Below, piece by piece: positions 31,871 through 45,192 of a stretch of 64,000 nucleotides of DNA. The stretch is from contig OZ024741.1 in NCBI GenBank assembly GCA_964016885.1, positions 192,386,001 to 192,450,000 of the forward strand. Direction: 5' to 3'. The notes beneath the pieces are model-generated. The model ran no database searches. It was given only the letters and a program-made list of their open reading frames with translations, and had not been told where the DNA came from. The position numbers were made by a program, and so were the translations under genes. Positions within the stretch are counted from its first letter, which is position 1, and each line of letters starts with the position of its first letter. Origin of the DNA: Eledone cirrhosa (Eukaryota).

Positions 31871-32572
31871 AATATATACAAATACACTGACAGAGGGAGA
31901 AAAAGAGAAAGAGGGTAATCGATGATAGTCAGAAGATCACTGATGATGGACAGTCCCGTTTCTCGTTCTATTTTTCATTCATATGTATCACTCGCAACAA
32001 CGCAGCACGCCATTTTTTCATTCATATATAATTTTTCCCCTCGCTGTGGTTCGTCTTTTTCTATCACCTTACTGCTATCCTCGTTCTCTCACCGCCTTCT
32101 CTCTCCTTGTACCTCTTGCTTTCATTCACTCCCTCTGCTAATCACACTCTCTCGGCTGGCCTCTTCCTCACACTTTCACTTACTCACTCTCTGCTGCTCC
32201 CCCTCTCTCACTCTCTGCTGCTCCCCCTCTCTCACTTCCTCCCGTCTGACCTGTGTGAAATCCTTTTCTTAGTCACATTTCGCAGGGTTCGGATGCGTCT
32301 GCCGTCTTCTCGTCGTTGATTTTGTCGAACTTAAGTTCACATGTATCTTTGACTTGTCTCTCATTTCCTCTCTTTACGTTGCATTACTATTTTCGTTTGT
32401 TTACTGTCCCTCTTTCTCCACCCAATTCGCTCTGTCCCAATAACTTATTTTAGTTATTGCTCGCACTGATTTTGAGATATCTGGTCTTTAATGCGAAGAA
32501 ATATCGATGATAGTCAGAAGATCACTGATGATGGATAGTCCCGTTTCTCGCTCTATTTTTCATTCATATATA
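31725..32572. repeat. Non-coding element with a fold-back left end and ~67 bp direct repeats 585 bp apart, ending at (TA)n
   Basis: 31725-31770 is inverted to 31873-31919. ATCGATGATAGTCAGAAGATCACTGATGATGG...TTCATAT occurs at 31918 and 32503. Confidence 0.7.
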
Positions 32573-32574
32573 TT

Positions 32575-32667
<93 letters not shown>

Positions 32668-32802
32668 CTGTGTGTAAAAAGTAAACTGAAATATTTCCTA
32701 AGTACATGTAGAGCATTGTTGTAGATTTAGCTATAAATCAACGAAACCCACATTATATGTATTTGGCCATAATTACAAAAATACCTAATTAGTTGGCACA
32801 CG

Positions 32803-32839
<37 letters not shown>

Positions 32840-32852
32840 GTATATATTATAT

Positions 32853-32909
<57 letters not shown>

Positions 32910-34245
32910 AAAGAAAAAGATTAGAACAGCATAGTTTAAGAAGGCCGGTTCGAAAGGTTTTATCTCACTGCGTTTCATCTTGGGAAACTGTTTTCCAGAA
33001 TAGCCTTGGGTTGATTCTTGATTTGTATGTGAAATTTGGTACACGGATGAAATTTGTCTGTATTTTAAATATCCAGCCTTGTCACACACTTTATAACATC
33101 GAATTGCCTCGAGAACCATTTTATCCTGGTAATTACTCAATGATATCCACGTCAATTTAACGAGTATATCATTTAGTTGACAGTAGCTAGAATCCGACGG
33201 AGGTCCATTCTTTTATCAACACAATGTAAGTAAATGCTCTATGTGATTAGAATAAGTTGGTCAACCGGTGACATGATTTAAATAGTTTTAAAGCTTGCGT
33301 TTCAGAATTATGCATGTATCGACCGGTAACTTTGAATTGAATCATGGGGTTTAAATCGTGACATACCGCGTGACATGGGCATTTCAAATATGGCGGAGCT
33401 TATCTATCTCCAGGTATTAGCCGATTTCGTTCAGAGAAGGAGAAAGAGTAGTGGCTCTGTTTTATCGACGACAAAAGGATGAAAAGCAAAGCTGACGGAA
33501 TTGGCGGAATTTGAAATCTGAGCACAGAGTGCCGGAATTAATATGCAAAGCAATCTATCCGACGTTCTACCGAATTCGGCATTTCACCGTACAGGAAGGA
33601 ATTAATCAAGAGAAACAAAATAATTACATGTTTTCCACTCACCGATAACAATACACGAGAAGACACAGACTGACGACGAGGTCTAATCCTGAAAAAAATG
33701 TTTAAATGCAATCAATTTTAAATGCAATAAAGGCATATTTCCAGGCAAATAGGTTTTCTGTTGTTATTTCTCCCTTGTTTCCAATAAAAACACGCCGACT
33801 TCAACTGTTAAGAAAGTGATAGTAGACCGAAGAATGGTACTCAATAATCGTGATATTTTAAATGTCCTTTATCGTGATATTGGCAGAGAGGCTAAATGTC
33901 TACGGCTACTTGTTCAAGATGATTTAACCAAGTAGAGACAATAAAACATTTTCGTACAATCATTTCTATTTTGTAGTAAACAAGGAATGCAACATACTCT
34001 AACTCTCTCCCGCCTATCTTTCTATCTATCTATCTATCTATCTATCTGTATATACAAACACAAATATATACAATATATACATGTATATATATAAAATTTC
34101 AGGTTATCAATAATGTAGTGATAATATATCGTTACGTTAGAGATGAACAGCGTACGTGCAGGTTTGCTCAACGAGTATAAATTATATTCCGGAGAAATGT
34201 AGAAAGGATGAATATAAAATGAAAGTGCTTTTGTTAAAAAAGGAA

Positions 34246-34372
34246 TTTATTAGGTGTTGACATATGTTTCTGTAACAGACCGAATACCTATGTATCGCTG
34301 CTTGCGTAATCATATAATGTTAGCAAGTATTCGATAGCAAATGTATAATCAGTTGTCACTTCTTCAGAGATT
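34246..34372 (-). ncRNA. Hammerhead ribozyme core (stem I decayed)
   Basis: CTGAAGA-A-GTGACA...TGTTAC-A-GAAAC-ATAT-GTC, with AATAAA shortly downstream. Confidence 0.55.
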
Positions 34373-34460
34373 TTGGATAAACTGGATAAAATCAGAAAAA
34401 TTGAAGTATTTATATTAGTAAAAGAGGAAGGAACAGAGGGGATAGTATATGACAGATGGT

Positions 34461-34540
<80 letters not shown>

Positions 34541-34639
34541 CATCGGATACTTCCGAAGCCGCGGTTTTTTTTTTCAGTTTCCCTCTCCTAGAAAGGTGTT
34601 GTGACAACAACTGGGGGCCTTTCACATCCAGATAGAAAA

Positions 34640-35980
34640 AAGTACTATTTGGATGGCCGTTGACTCTGTTGAGTTCCTCAGCCCTTTGCCAGGTCTTGTA
34701 TTTCATCCCGCAGGGTGTCAAAATATCACCCTCCTCACCAAGCAAGCTTGGTGGGGTTGCCGGTTTAGTCGCCGACGACCCGACCACGAGACAGATTGTA
34801 CTGGGCTATATACTACCAGTAGCATACGAGAGCGACCTGAAATACACACACACACACATACATACACATGCATATATACATACATCCATTACATACATAT
34901 ATAGATTATTACATTCAAACATACATACATACATTCATACATTTGAAACATACATATGAAACAACTATACCTGTAAGAAACTTGACACCACCTGTACCAT
35001 CTAAGTCTACCTCAAATGCTGGGGAAAACACTATCGATAATAATAATAATCGAATAAATGTGACACCACGTGTACCATCCGAGTCTACCTCGACTGTTGT
35101 GGAAAATACTATCGATAATGATAATCAAAAGTATAAACAATTGAAAATTTCCCTCAACGAAATCTTCCAGAGAGAAATTAACTCATGTATAAATATCTCT
35201 CTGGCTGAACGTGTTAAAACGACAATGTTTAATAAAAAACCAAATAATGAAATACTACGTGTTATTGACGAAATAGGGGATGAATATTTACGACGGATAA
35301 AAACCCCAACATTTTGGCAAATCAACGCCTGTTTATATGCCCTAGCAACGACAGTTAAGCATTATCTTGGTGATAGCAGAGATATTAGCAAGAACAAAAC
35401 ACCACCAAAAATACCATCATATATTACTAAAATAGGAAAAAAGATTGCTGACCTACTAAAAAACATAGGATATGTGACAATGTTCCTTACATGCAAACAA
35501 ACACAAAAAAACTCACTCCTCACCAACAAAGAGTGAAAAATAAAATAGAGACGATGTTTGGTAACAGTAGAACCAGAACTCTCCAATATAAGCTGATCAC
35601 CCTCAAACAAGAATTGAGAGCTGTTAGCGAAAAACGCCGATACCTGAAGAAGGTAGATGAGAGAAAAGTGCTTAATAAAAGATTCAGATGAAACCAAACA
35701 TCAGTCTATAGAGATATGAAGGGCAAAATAATAAGTGTCACTGAGGCCCCATCCCAGAAAGACAGATTCCTTTTGGAGAAAAATATGGGGTGCAAAGAAG
35801 AATTTCAACCAAGATGCAGTGTGGCTAAGAGAAATCCGAAAGAACTATTGTTCCTACTCTACAACAAACACATTCGAAATAAGTGAGGGTACCCTTGAGA
35901 CTGTTATAGGAAAACTTCAAGATGAGAACACACCAGGAAGAGACATGATTGTCGGCTACTGGTACAAAAAACTAATATCC
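34640..35980 (+). mobile_element. RLE (R4-like) retrotransposon 5' fragment preceded by the module and (CA/CATA)n
   Basis: PVRNLTP, VVENTIDND, LQYKLITLKQEL, PGRDMIVGYWYKKL match 8600-9530 inverted. Confidence 0.8.
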
Positions 35981-35981
35981 G

Positions 35982-36112
35982 CTGATGAAGTATTCCGGAG
36001 CGAAATTACATAATGTTTGTTGATATTACTTAACTATTGTGGATAATGGTTCCAGTTGGAGCTATTGTGGTCACACTGGAGTACAGAAACTGATGCATCG
36101 GTCAGAGTATAT
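35982..36112 (+). ncRNA. Hammerhead ribozyme core with long stem II
   Basis: CTGATGA-A-GTATTCCGG...CTGGAGTAC-A-GAAAC-TGATGCATCG-GTC. The 5' strand of stem I is lost at the junction. Confidence 0.65.
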
Positions 36113-36349
36113 TTAATATACTGATACCAACACCCACACATAGCCGTTTATCTTACTGATTAACGTATGTGTGCACTCTGAGTAATAGGTTTGTATTTCT
36201 AACAATACAAACCTTATTCTATCATTGATTGAGTATGAAACAACCGAAGCTTTACCGATTTTCTTCGACTAGCTTCGTAAACTTGTATGTATGTATGTAT
36301 GTATGTATGTATGTATGTATGTATGTATGTATGTATGTATGTATGTATG

Positions 36350-36940
36350 TATCCCAGTAACATGTATCTCAGTACAACCTGTCTCATGGTCGGGTCGTTG
36401 GCGACTAAACTGGCAACCCCACCAAGGTTTCTTGATGAGGAGGGTGACTTTGGATATCCTGCAGGACTAAAAACAAAACCTGTCAAAGGGCAAATGAGCT
36501 CTTAAAAGTCAATGGCCATCCAAAATCACCGGGAGAGATGACCCCTTAGCCTTTGTCAAGGCAAAATTCTAGGACAAGGAAAACTCTGATATAGCACCTG
36601 CAACCCTGATGGTATCCAATGATGTTGACTTGTTCTTCTTTTTGGTGAATATCATCTTGGTTAAGAGAGTGGGACTGGTTTTGTGCAGTGCCTTTGCTCA
36701 CTATAAAAGCTTCACGGCACAGGCATTGCTTTATATCTGGAGATCTCTCTGCACTTGTCGTCACATGGTACCATGGGCCCAGCACTATGTGTCAATAATT
36801 GTCACAAGTGTAGTGTTTGTACCAGAGTTTTCAAGAAGCTGGCTGGACTAAAAAGTCGCACTCGTTCAGCGCATCGGTAGTGGTTCTCCTACATAGATAT
36901 AAAGTAGTGGCCGTACTCGAAATCGAGTTGGCAGCCACCA
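36350..36940. mobile_element. (TATG)n-bounded module, subtype A
   Basis: Highly similar direct copy of 38310-38894. Confidence 0.8.
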
Positions 36941-37014
36941 TGTATGTATGTATGTATGTATGTATGTATGTATGTATGTATGTATGTATGTATGTATGTA
37001 TGTATGTATGTATG

Positions 37015-37418
37015 TTCATGTGTGTGTATAAGTGTATATGCATGGGTGCATGTGTATGTATATGCGTGGGGACATAGAAATAGTCGGGCTGGACACCCGA
37101 TCGCGCGGTTAAACCACTGGGAGTGAAGGACCCCAAGCCTTTGTCAGGGCATTCTTCTAGGAGAAGGCAACTCAGGAAACTGGGATAACTCCGATATAAA
37201 ACCTGCGGTTCAGTAGTTACTGATGATGTTGATCTTTTCTTCTTTTCGGGTTATAGCTACTGTCGCTCAGAGAGTGGGATTGGCTCAGTGCACAGTCTTT
37301 CCTCACTTTAAAAAGTATCTTCACGCACAGGCATTGCACGATAGAATTACTTAATAATTATTAATAATGGGTTATTGTGCAATGCCCATACTCGATAACA
37401 CGGGGGTTCAGCCATCTT
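37015..37418. mobile_element. (TATG)n-bounded module, subtype B (partial)
   Basis: Matches 9900-10303. Confidence 0.8.
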
Positions 37419-38177
37419 CTGGTTTTATAATTTCATACATTTTTACCAATAGAGAGAGAGAGTCGGTTTCTAACATAGACACAAGACTCTCTCATTGGAA
37501 TTTACACAACATCAACTAGGTAGATATGTATGTATGTCTGCATGCATGCATGCATATGTAGATATGGATGTTATTGTATGTGTGGATGTGGATGTTTTGA
37601 GTTGTATTTCTGCATATTTCTGCATATCTGTACGTGTGTATATGCAGTTATTAGATACAAAATTTTTGGAATGTTTTACATATTTTTACTGTTCCATTAA
37701 TGGATTGTACTTGTAATTTCCTAACTAGTCGTGTTCTTTCTGTTCCTGTGAAGCCTAGCTTCTCAAGATTTGTATTGGGGCAGTTACTAACATATCCCAG
37801 TGCCCCAATAACCACAGTCATAAATCTGAAGGTATAATCAGGGTGGAGTATCTGCAGATTTCTCATCAGTTCTGCATAAATATTCTCCTTTTCGCTAATC
37901 TTTGATATTATATTGGCATCTGCTGGGCAGCTAATTTCCACTACTGTGCATGCCTTCTTTTCCCTGTCCCATATCATAATATCTGGTCTGTTATGCCTGC
38001 ATTTTATTTGAGTTTTTACTGGAACATTCCACCAGTACTCTTTCATATTATGTTTATGTATGTCTTCCACATTGCTGTAGCTTTTAATGTGTTTTTTATC
38101 GGGGCTATCTTTTCTACGGATTGCATTGTACAGTGTTTTGGCCATTACATCATGCCTCATAGGTAGATAGTACCGCG
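37419..38177 (-). mobile_element. RLE retrotransposon 3' end with an open endonuclease frame
   Basis: RYYLPMRHDVMAKTLY...HNRPDIMIWD...VVEISCP...KENIY...VIGALG. 3' UTR matches 6272-6550. Confidence 0.88.
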
Positions 38178-38284
38178 TATGTATGTATGTATGTATGTAT
38201 GTATGTATGTATGTATGTATGTATGTATGTATGTATGTATGTATGTATGTATGTATGTATGTATGTATGTATGTATGTATGTAT

Positions 38285-38894
38285 GTCAGGTCACCAGTTG
38301 GTGCTACTGGTAACATGTATCCCAGTACAACCTGTCTCATGGTCGGGTCGTTGGCGACTAAACTGGCAATCCCACCAAGGTTTCTTGGTGAGGAGGGTGA
38401 CTTTGGACATCCTGCAGGACTAAAAACAAAACCTGTCAAAGGGCAAAGGAGCTCTTAAGAGTCAATCGCCATCTAAAATCACCGGGAGAGATGACCCCTT
38501 AGCCTTTGTCAAGGCAAAATTCTAGGAGAAGGAAAACTCTGATATAACACCTGCAACCCTGATGGTATCCAATGATGTTGACTTGTTCTTCCTTTTGGTA
38601 AAATATCATCTTGGTTAAGAGAGTGGGACTGGCTTTGTGCAGTGCCTTTGCTCACTATAAAAGCTTCACGGCACAGGCATTGCTTTATATCTGGAGATCT
38701 CTCTGCACTTGTCATCACATGGTACCATGGGCCCAGCACTATGTGTCAATATTTGTCACAAGTGTAGTGTTTGTACCAGAGTTTTCAAGTCGCTGGCTGG
38801 ACTAAAAAGTCACACTTGTTCAGCGCATCGGTAGGAATTCTCCTACATGGATATAAAGTAGTGGCCGTACTCGAAAACGAGTTGGCAGCCACCA
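38285..38894. mobile_element. (TATG)n-bounded module, subtype A (complete)
   Basis: Flanked by (TATG)n at 38177-38285 and 38894-38950. Confidence 0.8.
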
Positions 38895-39050
38895 TGTATG
38901 TATGTATGTATGTATGTATGTATGTATGTATGTATGTATGTATGTATGTACATTCACACACACGCACTCACATATATGTTTAATATATATACATATATCT
39001 TTATATATATATATATATCTTTATATATATATATATCTTTATATATATAT

Positions 39051-39098
<48 letters not shown>

Positions 39099-39623
39099 GG
39101 GAAATTTAGCAAGGAAAAAAAAAACCCAACAGGAGAGCAATGCAGTACAATGATGATATATATAGTTTTAATATAGTAGGAAAAGTTTCTAAACGTTCCA
39201 GACGTTAGTACTTCATCGGAAGATTGAATGGGAGGTAGAAGAAAAAAATAGAAAGATAGTTGGGAGTAAGAAATGGAAGAAACGAAAAAAAAAATGTTTT
39301 CTTTTCACAAGAGAGAAGGGCTACGCCTATGTATATGAGTAGACATAGTCAAGCAAAGATATGCTCTTACATGGACCTTGTTATGGGATGAATGATAGCA
39401 GCCATCGTTAAATATGTTTGAGAAGAATCTTAGTTTGGGAAGAATTCATGAGTGTGTGTGTGTGTGTGAGAAGGAGAGTAGTTCAAGAATCACAAGTTTA
39501 TGATACCCAGGGGTAAAGTTTACTCGCCCTGTGTTTTACGAACGTTAACTTGTTTCGGCAAGAAATAGGTGTGAAGTATTTCTTTGTGAAGTATTTCAGC
39601 AAGCTAATGTATGATTCTATATA

Positions 39624-40036
39624 CAAGAATAATATAATTGTTTCTACTTTAGGCACAAGGCCAGCAATTACCCAGTGCATTACTGGTACTTTATTTTATC
39701 GACCCCGTAAGGATGAAAGGCAAAGTCAACCTCGGCGGGATTTGAACTCAAATCGTAAAGGGACGTAACTATGCTGGAAAGCATGGCGTCCGACCCTCTA
39801 CCGATACTGCCAATCCACCGCCAAGAATAATATAATTGTTTCTACTTTTGGCACAAGGCCAGCAATTACCCAGTGCATTACTGGTACTTTATTTTATCGA
39901 CCCCGTAAGGATGAAAGGCAAAGTTAACCTCGGCGGGATTTGAACTCAGAATGGCAAGGGCCGTAACTCTATGCATCAAAGCATGGCATCCAACCCTCTA
40001 CCGATACTGCCAATTCACCGCCAAGAATAATATAAT
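39624..40036 (-). mobile_element. Two tandem full-length SINEs with a triplicated 15-bp target
   Basis: CAAGAATAATATAAT at 39624, 39822 and 40022. Confidence 0.88.
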
Positions 40037-40439
40037 GCAGGTTTATATATTTGTGCGCACACACCCACACACCACACACACACCCACGCACACGCACAAA
40101 AATATGTACATGTTTGTGTATAAGTGCTTTTATGGATCTGATTATATATGAGCCTCGTTCTGAAATCCAATGTTTGCTTGCCGACTTCAGTACATCTATG
40201 TGTACATACGAGTGCGTTTTTTCATTTTTCATTTCTTGTTTTATGTTATCTTCCATAATTGATCACACATGGCCGCTAGACTTTAGACGTAATCATTCGT
40301 TTAATAACAGTGGTCACTACTACAACACGCTGTTAGCTTGCTGAGCGGTATAACGTTTTGTCTTCAAAAGAATGTTCTCTATCTTTTTGTTCAAATAAAT
40401 ATTTTTTTTCAGAAATAAAGTTATTTTTTATTAAAAAAA

Positions 40440-40933
40440 AAAAGAGATTGAATATCAATAATCGTGGCTAGAATACAAAGTATGAAACCAATCATGAAGT
40501 ACTAAATATTGCAAAAATGAAAAATAAATTACTAGAAATCATCAAAGAAAGAAAACTAAATACAAATTTGGACATTAAATTAGAAAAAAAAAAAAAAGTT
40601 TTCAGAGACTGTTAATAGAAAGTAAATGGATGGAAAGAGAGGAAGAGGACAACTGAAAATTACGCGGATGGATAATGTTAAATATTGGTTGGAAATAAAA
40701 TAAGTAAATGTATTTCGACAGCGCAAGAAAGAGTGAGATAGTGATCCATGGTATTCAACATGCTGAGAACAGACAGTACTTAATGTTGATAATAATTGTT
40801 TCTACTTTAGGCACAAGGCCAGCATTACCCAGTGCATTACTGGTACTTTATTTTATCGACCCCGTAAGGATGAAAGGCAAAGTCAACCTCGGCGGGATTT
40901 GAACTCAGATCATAAAGGGACGTAACTATGCTG
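40440..40933. mobile_element. RTE-like 3' remnant (+) followed by a SINE (-, 40789-40933)
   Basis: LLEIIKERKL...GKRGRG remnant; SINE core. Confidence 0.55.
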
Positions 40934-41369
40934 ATAATAATGATTATGATGATTGCTGTTGTTGTTTAGTCCCAGGTCAGCCCTAATCCAACAAACATAT
41001 TATGTACGAAATTCTATCTATGACCATTTCGTATTTTTAGAAGTATGTGGGACTACAAGGCAAAAGACACATCTATACGAGATATATACACTATATACGT
41101 TGAACTAACTTGCACACAGTTTCCGTCTACCAAATCCTATTAGTCAACCAAAGGCTGCAGCAAGGTATTAGCAGAAGACACATATCACACTCTTATCACA
41201 TCTAGATTTTGTACTAAATATCCAATCCTTTCCTCAGAAATTTATCCCACCGAAATATGCATCGCATATCAGTCGATTTCAAAAATATTTTCTTTATGGA
41301 ATATTGTGATATAAACACCAGTGCTGTTCTGGAGGCAACTTCAAAGAAACTATATACTCATATCTATCA

Positions 41370-41830
41370 TCATCAACATATGCCAGGTCTGTTCCAGACA
41401 TCGGCGGTCATATCTCCCCAGTCCTTCCTGTTGTCAGTGTTTCGGATAAGGCTGCTCTTTCTCGCCCTATTTTCGTTGATGTACTTGTTCATATCTTTGT
41501 AAATGACGTAATTGTAAATTTTTTTTTTGTCTTCTTTGACTCTTCTTTCCAGCAATCTTTCCACAAAGAAACAGATTCTTCAAACGGTCTCTTATGTTTA
41601 TGTGGCCAAAGAATTACAATAGCCTCTTTCTAATAGTACTGACAAGTAGTACTTTACATGCCTGCCAGTCTTGTGACTTTATCGTTGGTTTTCTGTTCCG
41701 TTCAAGATATTTTGAATATTCTCCAGATGAACCACATTTCAACTTGCCATTTTATAGCTTCATTGCCAGTTTCCTTGCCATTTTATAGCTTCATTGCCAG
41801 TTTCCTTGCCATTTTATAGCTTATTGTCCA
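41370..41830 (-). mobile_element. RTE-like 3' remnant with an internal 31-bp tandem repeat (41743-41821)
   Basis: RKRLL*FFGH and ERLLERRV remnants; TTGCCATTTTATAGCTTCATTGCCAGTTTCC x2.5. Confidence 0.5.
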
Positions 41831-42814
41831 GCATTCAAAACATATCTATAGCTTTGTGTAATCAATGCTATCAGCGCTACAGCGGTCGTATACTGAGGAA
41901 GGAGTTGTAGAGCACCGAACTAAATACCCCAAGTTACTTATTTTTGTCTCACTTATGGTCTAAATTTGACTTTGCCATTTATTTCCCCAGGGGGCAATAT
42001 AAATATACCATTTGTATACTGGGTAATTTACAATAATCTACACCATTTCTCTCTAACAACCTTCAATGTTCCAAACACTTTTACAGACAGTGTTTTGAAT
42101 ATTTGAATGCAAATCCATGTGTAAATGTACAAAAATATACGGCTAAGAGCGGAAATATACGGGGGATACTTGAAATGATATGAAACATAGTTTCTACACA
42201 AAGCTGAAAACACGTTGAAATACAAAATTTCTTTCATTCCCTTTCACTCATTTTATCAGTCTTTCTCTTTTATCAAACGTTTCTGGCTTCTCAGTTTTAT
42301 ATAATTGTTTCTATTTCTCTCCTAATGTATCATACCTTATATTTAGATATCTGCTAAATTTATTTACTCTATAAACATGGTTGCATCACCGAGACGAAGC
42401 GTGAGTATATTTGAAATTCATAGGAATAATTTGATAACTCAAACGTAAGTAATAACTGCTAAAACACCTGATTGCTTGCTGCTCCTACTATAACTTCCGC
42501 TTGCTGCCACTTTCACCCCAGGGCCTACACCTTGCCTTTTAGCTAGCAGCACATCACGGTTTATCTCGCTCCCTTATTCGTCTGTCTGTTCGTCTATTTT
42601 GATTGTTTTGTCGTCGCACAGCCATCATACCAGCATAAATGTTTATTTATTTTCAGTTGCACGAGATGGCATAAAAACGTACGGTCCTCTCAAATAATTC
42701 GTGCAAAACCGAAAGCCAGGTTGAGAGCTGACGAGGTCAGATGCGTCTGTGGGTTGTGTATCGTTTATAATTTTAATCTAGACTCTTATTGCAATCCTAA
42801 TCTCCATTTGTTTT

Positions 42815-42883
<69 letters not shown>

Positions 42884-43223
42884 ATAACTCTTACATGCCA
42901 ACATACTCTTACATGCCAACATAACTCTTCATAACTCTTACATGCCAACATACTCATCTCTCAATCATCTCTATATTTCATCTATCTGCTGCCCACATAA
43001 CTTTACTTTTCTCTTTATCTGATCGATTTCTGTCCTTAGGGCTATTTTTAGCTGTTTAACAGCTATTCGTTGCGTACGAGTTTTAAGAGTATTCCTATGT
43101 ATTTAATCTATTTTTTTCTGTATATTGTTAATATGATTAGGATGCCGATGATGATGGGGAGGAGGAAGATTCTAGGATGAATAAGATGGCAATGGAGAAG
43201 AGCAGGATTCTAGAACGATAATA

Positions 43224-43375
43224 CTTGTTTCTACTTTTGGCACAAGGCCAGCAATTACCCCAGTGCATTACTGGTGCTTTATTTTATCGACTCCATAAGG
43301 ATGAAAGGCAAAGTTAACCTCAGTGAGATTAGAACTCAGATTGTAAAGGGTCATAACTCTATTCTGCAAAGCATG
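43224..43375 (-). mobile_element. SINE copy
   Basis: SINE core and tail. Confidence 0.8.
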
Positions 43376-43494
43376 ATAATAATGATGATGAGGATTGTAG
43401 GATGCTGAAGATGATGATAAGTATAAACAAAATCTACCTCTATAGGAACTGAACTAAGTACACGAAGGAAGATAACTAAATACCACCAGTCTCC

Positions 43495-44215
43495 TCTTAT
43501 ATATAATTATAACTATAATAAAGGGAGAAGTGCGGGACTGCGTCCCGAATATATTTTTTTTATCCCGTTATTAAAATAAGTTAGATTATTTTGAATAAAT
43601 AATGAATGAATATTACATAATTTATCTACTAAATTTCGTAGCTGTTGATTAAGCATGAATATTCTTATATATAATGATTGCTTATTTTAAGGTTCACTTT
43701 AAAACTTTTCAAATGGCTACACTTCTGGTTAGCGTCCATTGCGGTGAATTGGCAGTATCGGTAGAGGGTCGGACGCTATGCTTTTCAGCATAGTTACGTC
43801 CCTTTACGGTCTGAGTTCAAATCCCGTCGAGGTTAACTTTGCCTTTCATCCTTACGGGGTCGATAAAATAAAGTACCAGTAATGCACTGGGTAATTGCTG
43901 GCCTTGTGCCAAAAGTAGAAACAATTATATCATAAACACTTATTACATTGCTTATATAAACACCCATATATTTGCATCGTTATATCAGGTTTCATTACAT
44001 TTCACCGTAATGCAGTTTATATATAATATCGTCTTTTTTAAATGTATCATGGATTACTTTACTGATTACAGAAGAGAGTGTAACACAGTCTCTCTTCAAT
44101 TTCTGTGTATCTTGTCATTTACGATTTTATTTGACATATATCTACATGCATGTATATTTGCGTATAATATCAATATGCTAGCAGAAAACCACCCTAGGAG
44201 TAGTTTTTCTGTTAG
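43495..44215 (+). mobile_element. Helitron-like element (second copy) with a SINE inserted at 43741-43930
   Basis: Colinear with the reverse complement of 29811-30009 plus 30812-31215. Terminal hairpin AGAAAACCACCC...TTTTTCT-GTTAG. Confidence 0.65.
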
Positions 44216-44779
44216 TATAAATAATGGAGTTTTACATTACTACATAGACACACAATGGTATAGACACACAATAGTGAAACTGATGGAGTTGAAGGGATCA
44301 ATAGATGTTCCCTATTATTTGACAGTTATTTTAACTCCACACATATAATGAGATAAATTCCGACGGAATTTGAACTCAGAATGGGCGAATATGTAATTAA
44401 ATATATTTTATCCATCATTTTGCCTCTATTGGAATGCCCAGTCCTCCTATTGTTCGTTCCTCTACCAACCCTGTCATCTATTATCCTCATTTTATCCGGC
44501 ACTTTACCAATTATGTCATCCACATTCCTCCTTTTGCCTGGAACTCTGCTAGTTATATCACTCATAGTCCTAATTTTATTTGTACAATGTCTACATGAGG
44601 TTCACATCTAGGATGCAGGCGATTATATTTTAAAGATACTGGAAAGGTTGACATTCAAAGTGGATCTAAGTGAAATTTGAACTCAGAACGTAAAGAAAAG
44701 CACACACACACATATATACATATATACGGCTATGAATTTGTTTTGCAAGATTTTTGATATGAAATCTGTGTTGAAACAA

Positions 44780-45170
44780 ATATTGTTATATTTGGGGAGG
44801 GTCATATTGTTATAATAGTGCCAGAAATAATAATAAAACACACTTACTGTTTGGTTTGGATTGGTTTTCGCTTTTGTATATTTTATATCATTATAGTTAA
44901 TTTAGCTGGCAATCAATGTTTATCATTGATTGACTAACAGTTAAAAAGAAATATATATATATATAGTCTATCAAAGTTCTTTCATCACACACCTGTGACA
45001 TCATCAGTGGTACTATTGGTCAATCAATGATAAACATTGATTGCCAGCTAAATTAACTATAGGGGTATAAAATATACAGAAGCGAAACCCAATCTAAACC
45101 AAACAGTATGTTCTATTATTATTTCTGGCAATATTATAACAATATGACCCTCCCCAAATATAACAATATA
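44780..45170. mobile_element. MITE with long inverted arms
   Basis: 44780-44940 inverted to 45012-45168. Arm motif TATTGTTATATTTGGGGAGGGTCAT is shared with 56932-57420. Confidence 0.75.
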
Positions 45171-45192
45171 TATTTATATATATATATATATA

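Noticed and set aside
38325-38402. Canonical twister or HDV ribozyme in the (TATG) module
   Set aside because: It has CTAA and GAGGAGGG fragments, but the required pseudoknot pairings could not be completed by eye; kept only as a structured module.
37651-38439. 262-aa ORF as a novel fusion protein
   Set aside because: Chance read-through of the non-coding module and (CATA)n into an RLE fragment.
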